Below are positions 18,672-27,715 of a stretch of DNA of 64,000 nucleotides, piece by piece; the first letter of the stretch is position 1, and each line of letters begins with the position of its first letter. The notes beneath the pieces are model-generated. The model searched no databases, was not told the DNA's origin, and worked only from the letters and a program-made list of their open reading frames with translations. Origin of the DNA: an uncultured Peptostreptococcaceae bacterium (lineage in GTDB: Bacteria; Bacillota; Clostridia; Peptostreptococcales; BM714); the NCBI GenBank assembly GCA_964617505.1, contig CAZTZB010000003.1:7968-71967 (forward strand), read 5' to 3'. The translations under genes and the position numbers were made by a program.

Positions 18672-19770
18672 AAGTCCAAATGAAAAGAAAAAAAATGATG
18701 AAAATATTTCATTACTTGTTCAAAAGGGAAAGAAAAAAGGTACGCTGACATATTCCGAGATTGCCGAAGCTTTTGAGGAAATAGACTTGGACAAAGATGA
18801 AATAGAAGAGATTTATGACTCTTTAACTTCTGCAGGAGTTGAAATCCTAGGTGACAAAGACGAGATTATCGGTTTGGCCGATGAGGACGAATTAGACCAT
18901 AAAGAAATAAAAGAGAAAGAAATAGCAGTACCTAAGGGTGTAAACATAGACGATCCGGTTAGAATGTATTTGAAAGAAATAGGCAAGGTGCCACTTTTGA
19001 CTGCGACTGAAGAAATAGAGCTGGCGCAGGGAATGGAAGCAGGAGACGAAGAATGCAGAAGAAAGCTGTGTGAAGCTAATCTAAGGCTGGTTGTTAGCAT
19101 AGCCAAGAGGTATGTTGGAAGAGGCATGCTTTTCCTTGACTTAATCCAGGAAGGAAATTTGGGGCTCATTAAGGCAGTAGAAAAATTCGATTGGAGAAAA
19201 GGCTACAAATTTAGCACTTATGCTACCTGGTGGATTAGGCAGGCAATAACTAGAGCAATTGCAGACCAAGCTAGAACAATAAGAATACCTGTTCATATGG
19301 TTGAAACAATCAACAAACTTATTCGTGTATCAAGGCAACTCCTTCAGGAACTTGGCAGGGAGCCGAAGCCTGAGGAAATTGCCGAAGAAATGGATATGCC
19401 TGTCGAAAAAGTTAGAGAGATACTTAAGATAGCACAGGAACCTGTATCGCTTGAAACACCTATAGGGGAAGAAGAAGATAGTCATCTTGGGGATTTCATA
19501 CCCGATATTGATGCACCTGCACCTGCTGAGGCTGCAGCTTTTTCGATGCTTAAGGAACAATTGATAGAAGTGCTTGACACACTTACACCTCGAGAGCAAA
19601 AGGTTTTAAAACTGAGATTTGGTCTTGAAGACGGAAGAGCGAGAACACTTGAGGAAGTCGGTAAAAAATTTGATGTGACAAGAGAAAGAATCCGTCAGAT
19701 TGAGGCAAAGGCATTAAGAAAACTTAAACACCCTAGCAGAAGCAAGAAACTTAAAGATTATCTGGAATAA
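18667..19770 (+). CDS. sigA: primary sigma factor SigA/RpoD (gene certain, start codon unresolved)
   Basis: It has the region 2 motif [14 protein letters not shown] and the region 4 motif [20 protein letters not shown]. The in-frame upstream sequence encodes a region 1.1-like [21 protein letters not shown], but that frame has no ATG/GTG/TTG before 18787. ATT 18667 sits 6 nt after the SD GGGAGGGG (see finding). Confidence 0.85.
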   Translation: MKSPNEKKKNDENISLLVQKGKKKGTLTYSEIAEAFEEIDLDKDEIEEIYDSLTSAGVEILGDKDEIIGLADEDELDHKEIKEKEIAVPKGVNIDDPVRMYLKEIGKVPLLTATEEIELAQGMEAGDEECRRKLCEANLRLVVSIAKRYVGRGMLFLDLIQEGNLGLIKAVEKFDWRKGYKFSTYATWWIRQAITRAIADQARTIRIPVHMVETINKLIRVSRQLLQELGREPKPEEIAEEMDMPVEKVREILKIAQEPVSLETPIGEEEDSHLGDFIPDIDAPAPAEAAAFSMLKEQLIEVLDTLTPREQKVLKLRFGLEDGRARTLEEVGKKFDVTRERIRQIEAKALRKLKHPSRSKKLKDYLE

Positions 19771-19798
19771 AGATTCGCTTATGCGAATCTTTATTTTT
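19769..19798 (+). terminator. rho-independent terminator after sigA
   Basis: Hairpin aagattcgc-ttat-gcgaatctt followed by tattttt. Confidence 0.8.
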
Positions 19799-19812
19799 AA
19801 GGAGGATTTCAA

Positions 19813-20511
19813 TTGAAATTGGACCCGAGGCTGCAGGCAATAGCTAAATATGTTAAAAAAGGTGAATCTGTTGCCGATATAGGAACGGACCATGGATATA
19901 TACCGATATATTTAGCAGAAAACGGTATAAGTTCAAAAATATTTGCGACGGATGTAAACAAAGGTCCTTTGAACAATGCAAGAGGAATAGTAAAAACTCA
20001 GGGTTTTGAGAAAACAATAGTGCTAAGGCTCGGGAATGGATTAGACCCTGTAATTAACGAAAAGATAGACAAGATCATCATTGCCGGGATGGGGGGACTC
20101 CTAATAAGGGACATACTTATTTCAGGAGAAGCATTGATATCAAGAGGAGATACTAGACTGGTTCTTCAGCCTATGGTGGCGCAATCGGAATTGAGAACAT
20201 GGCTTAAGGAGAACGGTTTCAGAATCGTATCGGAAAGACTTGCAAGGGACAAAAAGAAGTTTTATGAAATCCTCTTGGTCGAAAAGGGAGTAGAACCTTG
20301 CAATAATATGGTATATGACGAAATAGGAGCTAAGCTTTTAGAAGAAAATGACCCACTGCTCAAAGCATTTGTAAATAGCAAAATAAGGAAATACGAAATA
20401 ATCTTGAACAACATAAATCAAAACGCTGCGGCATCAGAGCTAATGGATAAGAAAACACATGAAATAATTGATCGAATAGAGAAGCTTAAGGAGGTTTTGG
20501 AAAAGATATGA
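19813..20511 (+). CDS. trmK: tRNA (adenine22-N1)-methyltransferase TrmK (YqfN)
   Basis: TTG start 6 nt after a GGAGGA SD. The N-terminus is L.PRL..IA..V..G..VADIGTDHGY.PIYL. The sigA-downstream synteny matches Bacillus. Confidence 0.8.
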   Translation: MKLDPRLQAIAKYVKKGESVADIGTDHGYIPIYLAENGISSKIFATDVNKGPLNNARGIVKTQGFEKTIVLRLGNGLDPVINEKIDKIIIAGMGGLLIRDILISGEALISRGDTRLVLQPMVAQSELRTWLKENGFRIVSERLARDKKKFYEILLVEKGVEPCNNMVYDEIGAKLLEENDPLLKAFVNSKIRKYEIILNNINQNAAASELMDKKTHEIIDRIEKLKEVLEKI

Positions 20512-21620
20512 AACGAAAAGATCTTTTAGATTTGCTGCAGCGAAAATTTCCTAAAGAATATGCGGAGAATTGGGATAATACGGGATTTGTAATAGATGTT
20601 GGGAAAAGTGGATATGAGCGTATTCTGCTAGCGCTCGAGCTCACGCCTGAAGTATTGAGCGAAGCCGAAGAACTTGGCGTGGACATTATAATAACCCATC
20701 ATCCAATTATTTTCAAACCTATTAAAAAGTTGAGCGTTCAGACAGTTGAAGACAGCATGATAATTGAGTGCATAAAAAAAGATATTTCGGTTTTTGCTAT
20801 TCACACCAATTGCGATAACTACGAGGGAGGAACAAACGATTATCTTTCCAAACTTATTGGGTTAAGAGAAACAAAAGCTATTTTACCATTGGAAAAGACC
20901 TATATCAAACTAGTTGTTTTTGCTCCATCTGGATATGTTCAAGTAATCAGAGATAGAATGGGTGAAATTGGCGGTGGCAATATTGGTTCCTATAGCCATT
21001 GCACATTTGCAGGAAAGGGTATAGGCTCCTTCAAACCACTCCTTGGTTCAAATCCATTTGTTGGAGAAATAGGCAAGCTTGAAATAGTTGATGAAATGCG
21101 TTTAGAGACGATTCTGCCTTTGCATAAGCTTGAATCTATGGTGCAGGCCATAAAAGAGGTACATCCATACGAAGAAATGGCCTATGACATAATACCTCTT
21201 GCCAACCTTCAGAAAAAGATCGGAAGCGGAAGGGTTGGAAGGCTTAATAATCCTATGTCATTGAAAATGCTTCTTGAAAAATTGAAAAAGATTCTTTCTG
21301 CTGAGGCTTTGAGATATACGGGCGATGAAAATAGAATAATTGATAAAGTCGGACTTTCTACAGGAAGCGGATCAGATTTGATAAGAGAGGCTTATAGAAA
21401 AGGTGTGGACTGTTTTTTGACGGGGGATATAAAATACCATGACGCGCAGTTTGCACGAATAAACAATATGGCACTTGTCGACATAGGCCATTACGAAAGC
21501 GAAAACATATTTAAGTATGCTTTAAGGGAAATGCTTCTTGAAGAAACGGTAATGATTATGCAAAAACCAGACATATTGGTATCAAAAAAAGATATTAATC
21601 CCTTCAGGTTTTACAGATGA
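20508..21620 (+). CDS. Nif3-like dinuclear metal centre protein (YqfO type, with inserted PII-like domain)
   Basis: It has the motifs ITHHP.IF and DIGHYESE. The length is 370 aa, and it is coupled to trmK by an ATGA overlap. Confidence 0.85.
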   Translation: MKRKDLLDLLQRKFPKEYAENWDNTGFVIDVGKSGYERILLALELTPEVLSEAEELGVDIIITHHPIIFKPIKKLSVQTVEDSMIIECIKKDISVFAIHTNCDNYEGGTNDYLSKLIGLRETKAILPLEKTYIKLVVFAPSGYVQVIRDRMGEIGGGNIGSYSHCTFAGKGIGSFKPLLGSNPFVGEIGKLEIVDEMRLETILPLHKLESMVQAIKEVHPYEEMAYDIIPLANLQKKIGSGRVGRLNNPMSLKMLLEKLKKILSAEALRYTGDENRIIDKVGLSTGSGSDLIREAYRKGVDCFLTGDIKYHDAQFARINNMALVDIGHYESENIFKYALREMLLEETVMIMQKPDILVSKKDINPFRFYR

Positions 21621-21663
21621 GCATTTTGACATAAATACGTCTTTATGATATGATTAACATTAC

Positions 21664-22004
21664 GAATGAGTAAGTCAGACGGTCGCATATGAAAATATGA
21701 GTAAAGTCCGAGCTCCGCAGAGCAGGGTGCTGGGTAACCCCCAGTGGAGGCAACTTTAAGGATAGTGCAACAGAAATATACCGCTATGAAAATAGTAAGG
21801 GTGGAAAGGTGAGGTAAGAGCTCACCAGCGGTTAAGGTGACTTGCCGGCTCTGTAAACCCCATCTGGAGCAAGACCAAGCAGGGACATAAAAAGGCGGCT
21901 GCTCGTCGCTGTCCCGATGGTAGGTCGCTTGAGCTTTGTGGCGACACTTAGCCTAGATAGATGACTGTCAAATACAGAACTCGGCTTACGATTTACTTGT
22001 TAGT
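21664..22004 (+). ncRNA. rnpB: RNase P RNA (bacterial, Bacillus/type B-like)
   Basis: Universally conserved blocks are present in order in a 460-nt noncoding gap: GAGTAAAGTCCGAGC, AGTGCAACAGAAA, GGTAAGAGCTCACCAG, GTAAACCCCA and ACAGAACTCGGCTTA. The ends are approximate (about +/-10 nt). Confidence 0.9.
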
Positions 22005-22005
22005 T

Positions 22006-22036
22006 AAAAGCACTCATATGAGTGCTTTTATTTTTG
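22006..22036 (+). terminator. rho-independent terminator after rnpB
   Basis: Palindrome aaaagcactcatatgagtgctttt followed by a T-run. Confidence 0.85.
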
Positions 22037-22082
22037 TTTTTTTGTATAATAGATGTGAAGACAAATAAAGAAGAGGCTTATT

Positions 22083-22871
22083 ATGGATAATCGGTTAAAG
22101 GATTGGATAGAAGCTTCCAATGAAATTGTTTTTTTCGGAGGGGCGGGTACTTCCACGGAAAGTGAAATACCGGATTTCAGGTCGCAAAAGGGATTGTACA
22201 GCTGCAAATATGGAGACTATTCCCCCGAAATGATTTTGAGCCATTCATTTTTCATAAGGCATCCCGATGTTTTTTATAAATTTTGCAGGGAAAAAATATT
22301 TTTTGTTGAAGCTAAACCAAACAAAACTCATTTTGCATTGGCCAAGTTGGAAAAAGAAGGACGTTTGTCGGCTGTAATAACGCAAAACATAGACGGACTG
22401 CATCAATTGGGCGGGAGCAGAAATGTTTTGGAACTTCATGGTACAATACATAAAAACTATTGTATGAATTGTGGGAAAAGTTATGATTTGAATTATGTTG
22501 CTGATATAAGAAACGCCGTTCCCGTATGCGAAGCATGTGGAGGAATTGTTAGGCCCGATGTTATATTGTATGAGGAAGCCCTAAACATGAATGTTTTTGA
22601 GGCCGCTGCCGAACATATAAGGAAGGCTGATTTACTGATTGTTGGAGGTACTTCCCTACTGGTTTATCCCGCTGCGGGTCTGGTGGCGGAACTAGGAAAA
22701 GGAAAGCTAGTGCTTATTAATAAACAATCTACGCCTTGCGATGATAAAGCCGATTTGCTAATTCACGAAAGCATAGGATATACATTGCAGCATGCTATAT
22801 TTGGAGGAAAGGCAAATGAGACTGGGCAACCTGAAATATTTAATCCAATATATGAGAGATCCGAAGGTTAG
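22083..22871 (+). CDS. cobB: NAD-dependent protein deacylase (Sir2 family)
   Basis: It has GAGTSTESEIPDFRS, QNIDGLH, the catalytic HG and the zinc ribbon CMNCG...CEACGG. Confidence 0.9.
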   Translation: MDNRLKDWIEASNEIVFFGGAGTSTESEIPDFRSQKGLYSCKYGDYSPEMILSHSFFIRHPDVFYKFCREKIFFVEAKPNKTHFALAKLEKEGRLSAVITQNIDGLHQLGGSRNVLELHGTIHKNYCMNCGKSYDLNYVADIRNAVPVCEACGGIVRPDVILYEEALNMNVFEAAAEHIRKADLLIVGGTSLLVYPAAGLVAELGKGKLVLINKQSTPCDDKADLLIHESIGYTLQHAIFGGKANETGQPEIFNPIYERSEG

Positions 22872-23085
22872 CAAGTGGCAAAAGGTTTTCTTGATAGCGC
22901 TTATGATATATGTGATATCGCCTTTGGACCTGATACCCGAGCCTATTTTTGGTGTCGGAATAATTGATGATGTTATAATGATGGCGTATATTTGGAGCCA
23001 TTTTTTGCCTAAAATGAACCAATATAAAAAACAACCCCCAAAAGAACCTATAATCATTGAATATGAAATAAAGGATGAAGATTAA
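22816..23085 (+). CDS. DUF1232 (YkvA-like) membrane protein
   Basis: It has the motif KVFLIALMIYVISPLDLIPEPIFGVGIIDD. ATG 22816 follows a GGAGGAAAGG SD, and the gene overlaps the 3' end of cobB. Confidence 0.75.
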   Translation: MRLGNLKYLIQYMRDPKVSKWQKVFLIALMIYVISPLDLIPEPIFGVGIIDDVIMMAYIWSHFLPKMNQYKKQPPKEPIIIEYEIKDED

Positions 23086-23100
23086 AAAGAGGAGAAGATA

Positions 23101-23643
23101 ATGAGAGAAAATGTGCAGAAAGTGTTGATTTCAGAGAATGAACTTGCGGTTAGAATAGAAGAAATGGGTAAGGCTATGACAAAAGATTATAAAGAAAAGG
23201 ATTTGTTTGTTGTGGGTGTACTGAAGGGCGCAAATATTTTCATGAGCGATTTGATACGCAAAATCGATTTGCCGATGCATATGGATTTTATGGCGGTTTC
23301 CAGTTACGGGATGTCAACAGAGAGTTCAGGAACTGTACGAATTCTTAAAGACTTGGATTTTAGTATTGAAGGGAAAGATGTCCTTATTGTTGAAGATATC
23401 ATAGATTCGGGATTGACGCTAAAATATCTAACAAGGATATTAATGGAAAGAAAACCGTCAAGTCTGAAGATTTGCACATTGCTTGACAAGCCCGATAGGA
23501 GAAAGGTGGATCTGATAGTTGACTACATAGGATTCAAAATACCGGATGCTTTCATTGTCGGATACGGCATAGATTTTGCTGAAGCTTATCGCAATCTGCC
23601 ATATGTTGCAGTTCTAAAAGAAGAGGTTTATAAAGAGGAATAG
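23101..23643 (+). CDS. hpt: hypoxanthine phosphoribosyltransferase
   Basis: It has the PRPP-binding motif VLIVEDIIDSGLTL. The length is 180 aa. Confidence 0.9.
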   Translation: MRENVQKVLISENELAVRIEEMGKAMTKDYKEKDLFVVGVLKGANIFMSDLIRKIDLPMHMDFMAVSSYGMSTESSGTVRILKDLDFSIEGKDVLIVEDIIDSGLTLKYLTRILMERKPSSLKICTLLDKPDRRKVDLIVDYIGFKIPDAFIVGYGIDFAEAYRNLPYVAVLKEEVYKEE

Positions 23644-23659
23644 GAAAAGGAGGTTTACT

Positions 23660-24301
23660 ATGGAACTTGGAAAAATGATAGATCATACTCTTTTAAAGGC
23701 TGATGCAAAAGGATATGAGATAGATAAGCTTTGCAATGAGGCGGTGGAAAATGGCTTTTACGCAGTATGTATAAATCCATACTATGTTTCAAGGGCTGCA
23801 AGGCAACTCAAGGGTAAGGCTGTAATGCTTGCAACAGTTGTAGGTTTTCCATTGGGAGCGACATCGACGGCTGCAAAGGTTTGTGAAACACAAAAGGCTG
23901 TTGCTGACGGGGCTGATGAAATAGATATGGTAATGAATATCGGAGCATTCAAGAATGGTGAGTATTCCTATGTTGAAGAGGATATCAAGGCGGTAAGGAC
24001 AGCAACCGGCAAGGATAGAGTTCTTAAGGTTATTATTGAAACATGTTATCTTGATGAATTGGAAGTAAAGAAGGCCGCTGAGCTTGTTTTAAGTGGAGGA
24101 GCGGATTTTGTGAAAACATCGACGGGTTTTGGACCGGAAGGAGCCAAGGCTTCTGATATAATCATTATAAAGAGAGTTGTAGGAGAAAATGCTGGAATAA
24201 AAGCAGCAGGAGGCATTAGGGATAGGGAAAAAGCGCTTAAAATGATTGAAGCCGGAGCGACTCGTATCGGAGCAAGTGCTTCGGTGAAAATTGTTGAATA
24301 G
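23660..24301 (+). CDS. deoC: deoxyribose-phosphate aldolase
   Basis: It has IDHTLLK, the class I aldolase Lys context FVKTSTGF and GIKAAGGIR. Confidence 0.9.
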   Translation: MELGKMIDHTLLKADAKGYEIDKLCNEAVENGFYAVCINPYYVSRAARQLKGKAVMLATVVGFPLGATSTAAKVCETQKAVADGADEIDMVMNIGAFKNGEYSYVEEDIKAVRTATGKDRVLKVIIETCYLDELEVKKAAELVLSGGADFVKTSTGFGPEGAKASDIIIIKRVVGENAGIKAAGGIRDREKALKMIEAGATRIGASASVKIVE

Positions 24302-24304
24302 GCT

Positions 24305-25123
24305 ATGAATATGAAAAATAGAGTTTTGGGATGCTTTTGCGGAGCATTAATAGGTATACAGGCGAGTGAAAAATATGGAATTGAATGTGCAAAAGAAACG
24401 TATTCGTCTCTTGAGAAAAGTCTTAGAGCTTGCATAAGATTCTATCAGCAAGGGAAAATAAAAGGTGAAGCTTGTTTGATAGACTATTTTAAAAGTGAGA
24501 ATCAATGTAAGGAATCATGTTCCGAGTTTGATGCTTTGATTGCCGCTCTTGTTTTGGGTATGGCATTTGAAAAGGAATCGTCTTTCGAAGGGACTCTTTC
24601 ATTGTGTGAAGAATGGGACATAAAGGATTCAAAAGACAGAATGGCTTTTGCTATGATTGCGGGTATTTTATCAGGAACAATAAGAGGAGAGAAATTCAAG
24701 CAGTCGATAAATTGGACTATGGAAAAATTTTTTAAAACCGGAGACGACGAAGAATTGACAGAGTTGATGAAATTGGTAGTAGCTCTTTATGAAAGCCGAA
24801 AAGAATTGAGTAAGACTGTAGGTTTTATTTCTGACGATCAAGCGTCATATAAGGCATTTGGGGCCTCTTTAGTTGTCGCCTTGCGCATGAACGAGGATAT
24901 TCTGAGTGCGGTTGACTGTGCATATTCTAATTCGGAAGCGGGTAAATTTGCTTCTATTCCCGCGGGTGCGATGATTGGAGCAGTTATGGGTTATGAAAGT
25001 ATATGTAAGGTTCTCAACCAAGATTTAGAGTGCGTAAAGTTCAATATGGAAATGGCTGATGATTTGTATAATATAATCTATAATGATGCGATTTTGCCGT
25101 TTGACAAATATGCGCCATTATAG
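24305..25123 (+). CDS. hypothetical protein, ADP-ribosylglycohydrolase-like fold with degenerate metal-binding motifs
   Basis: The N-terminus NRVLGCFCGALIGIQAS resembles the ARH motif R.LG...G.A.GDA.G. The C-terminus SNSEAGKFASIPAGAMIGAVMGYESI resembles GGDTDT..AIAGAL.GA..G...I, but the acidic ligands are replaced. The assignment is from recalled motifs only. Confidence 0.35.
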   Translation: MNMKNRVLGCFCGALIGIQASEKYGIECAKETYSSLEKSLRACIRFYQQGKIKGEACLIDYFKSENQCKESCSEFDALIAALVLGMAFEKESSFEGTLSLCEEWDIKDSKDRMAFAMIAGILSGTIRGEKFKQSINWTMEKFFKTGDDEELTELMKLVVALYESRKELSKTVGFISDDQASYKAFGASLVVALRMNEDILSAVDCAYSNSEAGKFASIPAGAMIGAVMGYESICKVLNQDLECVKFNMEMADDLYNIIYNDAILPFDKYAPL

Positions 25124-25133
25124 AATGTAAAAA

Positions 25134-25172
25134 AAGAAGCCTTTTGCGGATAATTTGACGCAGAAGGCTTCT
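25134..25172. terminator. bidirectional terminator between the ARH-like ORF (+) and ychF (-)
   Basis: Hairpin agaagccttttgcg...cgcagaaggcttct with an A-run upstream and Ts downstream. Confidence 0.7.
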
Positions 25173-25177
25173 TAGAA

Positions 25178-26269
25178 TCATACGTTGAATCTGAAATGCA
25201 TAACATCTCCATCTTTTACTACATAATCTTTTCCCTCTAAGCGGAGAATGCCTTTTTCTTTGGCGGCATGAAGGCTTCCTACTTCAAGCAAATCTTCATA
25301 GGAAACCACCTCGGCACGAATAAAACCTTTTTCAAAATCGGTGTGTATCTTTCCGGCTGCCTGAGGGGCTTTCGAGCCTTTTACTATGGTCCAAGCTCGC
25401 GTTTCCGGTTCCCCTGAAGTAAGGAAGGAAATAAGTCCTAGAATTGCGTAACATGCTTGAATCAACTTATGCAAACCGGTTTCTGTCATGCCAAGTTCTT
25501 CCATGTATAAAGACTTTTCATCCTCTTCCAATTCAAGCAGCTCTGCTTCCAGCTTGGCCGATATTTTAATGACTTCGGCATTTTCCTTAAGTCCGATTTC
25601 TTGGACTTTTTCAAGAAGTGGATTTTTGTCAGAGCTTAAAGCTCCCTCTTCCGAGACATTGGCAACATAAATAACGGGTTTTGTCGTTAAAAGGTAAAGA
25701 TTTTTTACAAAATCCGAAAGGCTTTCATCATATTCTACTGACCTTGCAGGCAATCCTTCTTCTAGAGCGGCAAGTATTTTTTGGAGAAGTTCGAAGCTCT
25801 TAAGCTGGCTTTTGTCGCTCTTAATAGATTTTTGAAGCTTGAACATTTTTTTTTCGACCATTTCAAGATCGGATAGAATCAACTCCAAATTAATGACATC
25901 AATATCCCTTTGTGGATCAACACTTCCATCAACATGTATGACATTTGGGTCTTCAAAGCATCTTACAACGTGAACTATGGCTTCGACCTCGCGGATATGT
26001 GAAAGAAATTTATTTCCAAGACCTTCGCCCTTGCTGGCTCCTTTTACCAGTCCTGCTATGTCATAGAACTCTATTGCGGTGGGGACTGTTTTTTTCGAAT
26101 TATGCATTTCTGTAAGGCGACTAAGCCTTTCATCCGGAACGGACACTACGCCCACATTGGGTTCAATCGTACAGAATGGATAATTTGCGGATTCAGCGCC
26201 GGCTTTTGTAATGGCATTGAACAAAGTGCTTTTTCCAACATTGGGCATGCCCACTATTCCTAGTTTCAT
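25178..26269 (-). CDS. ychF: ribosome-binding ATPase YchF
   Basis: It has [24 protein letters not shown] and the C-terminal TGS domain ending FRFNV. Confidence 0.95.
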   Translation of the reverse strand: MKLGIVGMPNVGKSTLFNAITKAGAESANYPFCTIEPNVGVVSVPDERLSRLTEMHNSKKTVPTAIEFYDIAGLVKGASKGEGLGNKFLSHIREVEAIVHVVRCFEDPNVIHVDGSVDPQRDIDVINLELILSDLEMVEKKMFKLQKSIKSDKSQLKSFELLQKILAALEEGLPARSVEYDESLSDFVKNLYLLTTKPVIYVANVSEEGALSSDKNPLLEKVQEIGLKENAEVIKISAKLEAELLELEEDEKSLYMEELGMTETGLHKLIQACYAILGLISFLTSGEPETRAWTIVKGSKAPQAAGKIHTDFEKGFIRAEVVSYEDLLEVGSLHAAKEKGILRLEGKDYVVKDGDVMHFRFNV

Positions 26270-26425
26270 ATAAGACTCCTTTTTCTACTTATTCAAATTT
26301 GATTATAAACGAAAAACGAACAATAATAAACCCGTATCCTTAAATTTGTCTGATGGCGTTGATTTAATGGTATACTTTATGATAGTCTTTACAAATATAA
26401 ACGATAATATTATGAGGTGAAAATA

Positions 26426-27715
26426 TTGTTTAAAGGAATAGAAGTTCATGAACTTAGCTCAAATATAAACCTATATACATTAAAAACGAGTCAATTCAAA
26501 ACGGATTCGGTAGGCATTTTTTTTGAAAGACAACTTTCCGAGGATGAAGCGTCAAAAAATGCAATGCTAGCAGCATTGATGAGAAGAGGAACAGAGAAGT
26601 ATCCAATGAGCAGAGATCTTTACAGAGCATTGGATAATTTATATGGGGCTGTTTATTCTACAGACACAAGCAAGTATGGTGAAAGGCAGATTATAAAATT
26701 TCAAATGCAATTTCCGGATAGCAATTATATTGAAGATGAGAATATCTTTGGAAAATGCATAAGCATGCTAAACGAAATTGTCAATCATCCCTATACTGAA
26801 GGAGATTCGTTTTCGAAAAACTATTTCGAGCAAGAAAAGAAGAATCAGATTATAAAATTGGAGAATAGAATAAACAACAAGATGGCTTATGCTTTTGATC
26901 GCTGCATAGAAGAAATGTTCAAGGGAGAGCCCTTTGCCGTCAATGAGGATGGCGAATATAGGCATATTTTAGCCCTTGATGAAAAATCGCTTTATGAACA
27001 CTACAGGTCAGTATTGGCGACCTCTAAAGTTGACATATTCATAGTTTCAAGAGACGACAAGAATCATTATGCAGGAGACATATTAAAACTATTTGAATTC
27101 AAAAATGAAGAATCAAAACCTATTCCAAGAGAAAAACATATGTATCCAGCTAAAAGCCCTAAAAATATTACTGAAAAGATGGATATAGCTCAGGGAAAGC
27201 TTGTTATGGGATTTAGAACAAATATTTCTTATGAAGACACACAGTATAGGGCTCTCTTGATTTTCAATGAAATTCTTGGAGGAGGGTCCTATTCCAAGCT
27301 ATTTAAAAATATTAGGGAAGAAGAAAGTCTTTGTTACAGCATATTTTCAACTGTAGAAAAATTTAAATCTGCTTTGTTCATAGCTAGTGGAATTGATTTT
27401 GAAAAGAAAGATAGAGTAGTTGATTTAATCTTAGAGCAGGTTGAACAAATGAAAATGGGTTTATTTGACGAAGAAGATTTGGAGAACGCAAAGAAATCAA
27501 TCATTTCATCAATAAACTCGATAAAAGATTCTCCCAGCAAAATAATAAACTACTACTATTCAAGAATATTGACACATTCCTATATGGAGGCGGAAGAAAT
27601 CATAAGGCAATTTGAGGCCATTGACAAAGCAAGCGTTTTAAAGGCTGCTGAAGGTATTTTTCTGGATACAGTCTATTTCTTAGATAAAAAGGGAGAGCAA
27701 ATTGAAAAAAATTGA
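26426..27715 (+). CDS. M16 family peptidase-like protein, non-catalytic subunit (no HxxEH)
   Basis: It has an M16 fold pattern, but NAMLAALMRRG stands where HxxEH would be. I prefer TTG 26426, 5 nt after an AGGTGA SD; the track start is GTG 26417. Confidence 0.7.
   Translation: MFKGIEVHELSSNINLYTLKTSQFKTDSVGIFFERQLSEDEASKNAMLAALMRRGTEKYPMSRDLYRALDNLYGAVYSTDTSKYGERQIIKFQMQFPDSNYIEDENIFGKCISMLNEIVNHPYTEGDSFSKNYFEQEKKNQIIKLENRINNKMAYAFDRCIEEMFKGEPFAVNEDGEYRHILALDEKSLYEHYRSVLATSKVDIFIVSRDDKNHYAGDILKLFEFKNEESKPIPREKHMYPAKSPKNITEKMDIAQGKLVMGFRTNISYEDTQYRALLIFNEILGGGSYSKLFKNIREEESLCYSIFSTVEKFKSALFIASGIDFEKKDRVVDLILEQVEQMKMGLFDEEDLENAKKSIISSINSIKDSPSKIINYYYSRILTHSYMEAEEIIRQFEAIDKASVLKAAEGIFLDTVYFLDKKGEQIEKN

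Noticed and set aside
18680-18748. A 22-codon ORF ([22 protein letters not shown]) read as an independent leader peptide upstream of sigA.
   Set aside because: It has no SD. It overlaps in another frame a sequence that clearly encodes sigma region 1.1. It is better explained as a by-product of the start-codon/A8 issue reported in the findings.
21621-22082. A large noncoding gap considered as a riboswitch or a prophage attachment remnant.
   Set aside because: All conserved RNase P RNA blocks are present in the right order, followed by a terminator. Nothing is left unexplained.
24046-24435. A 129-aa minus-strand ORF across the deoC/ARH-like junction.
   Set aside because: It is antisense to deoC, which carries clear aldolase motifs, and it has no translation signals.
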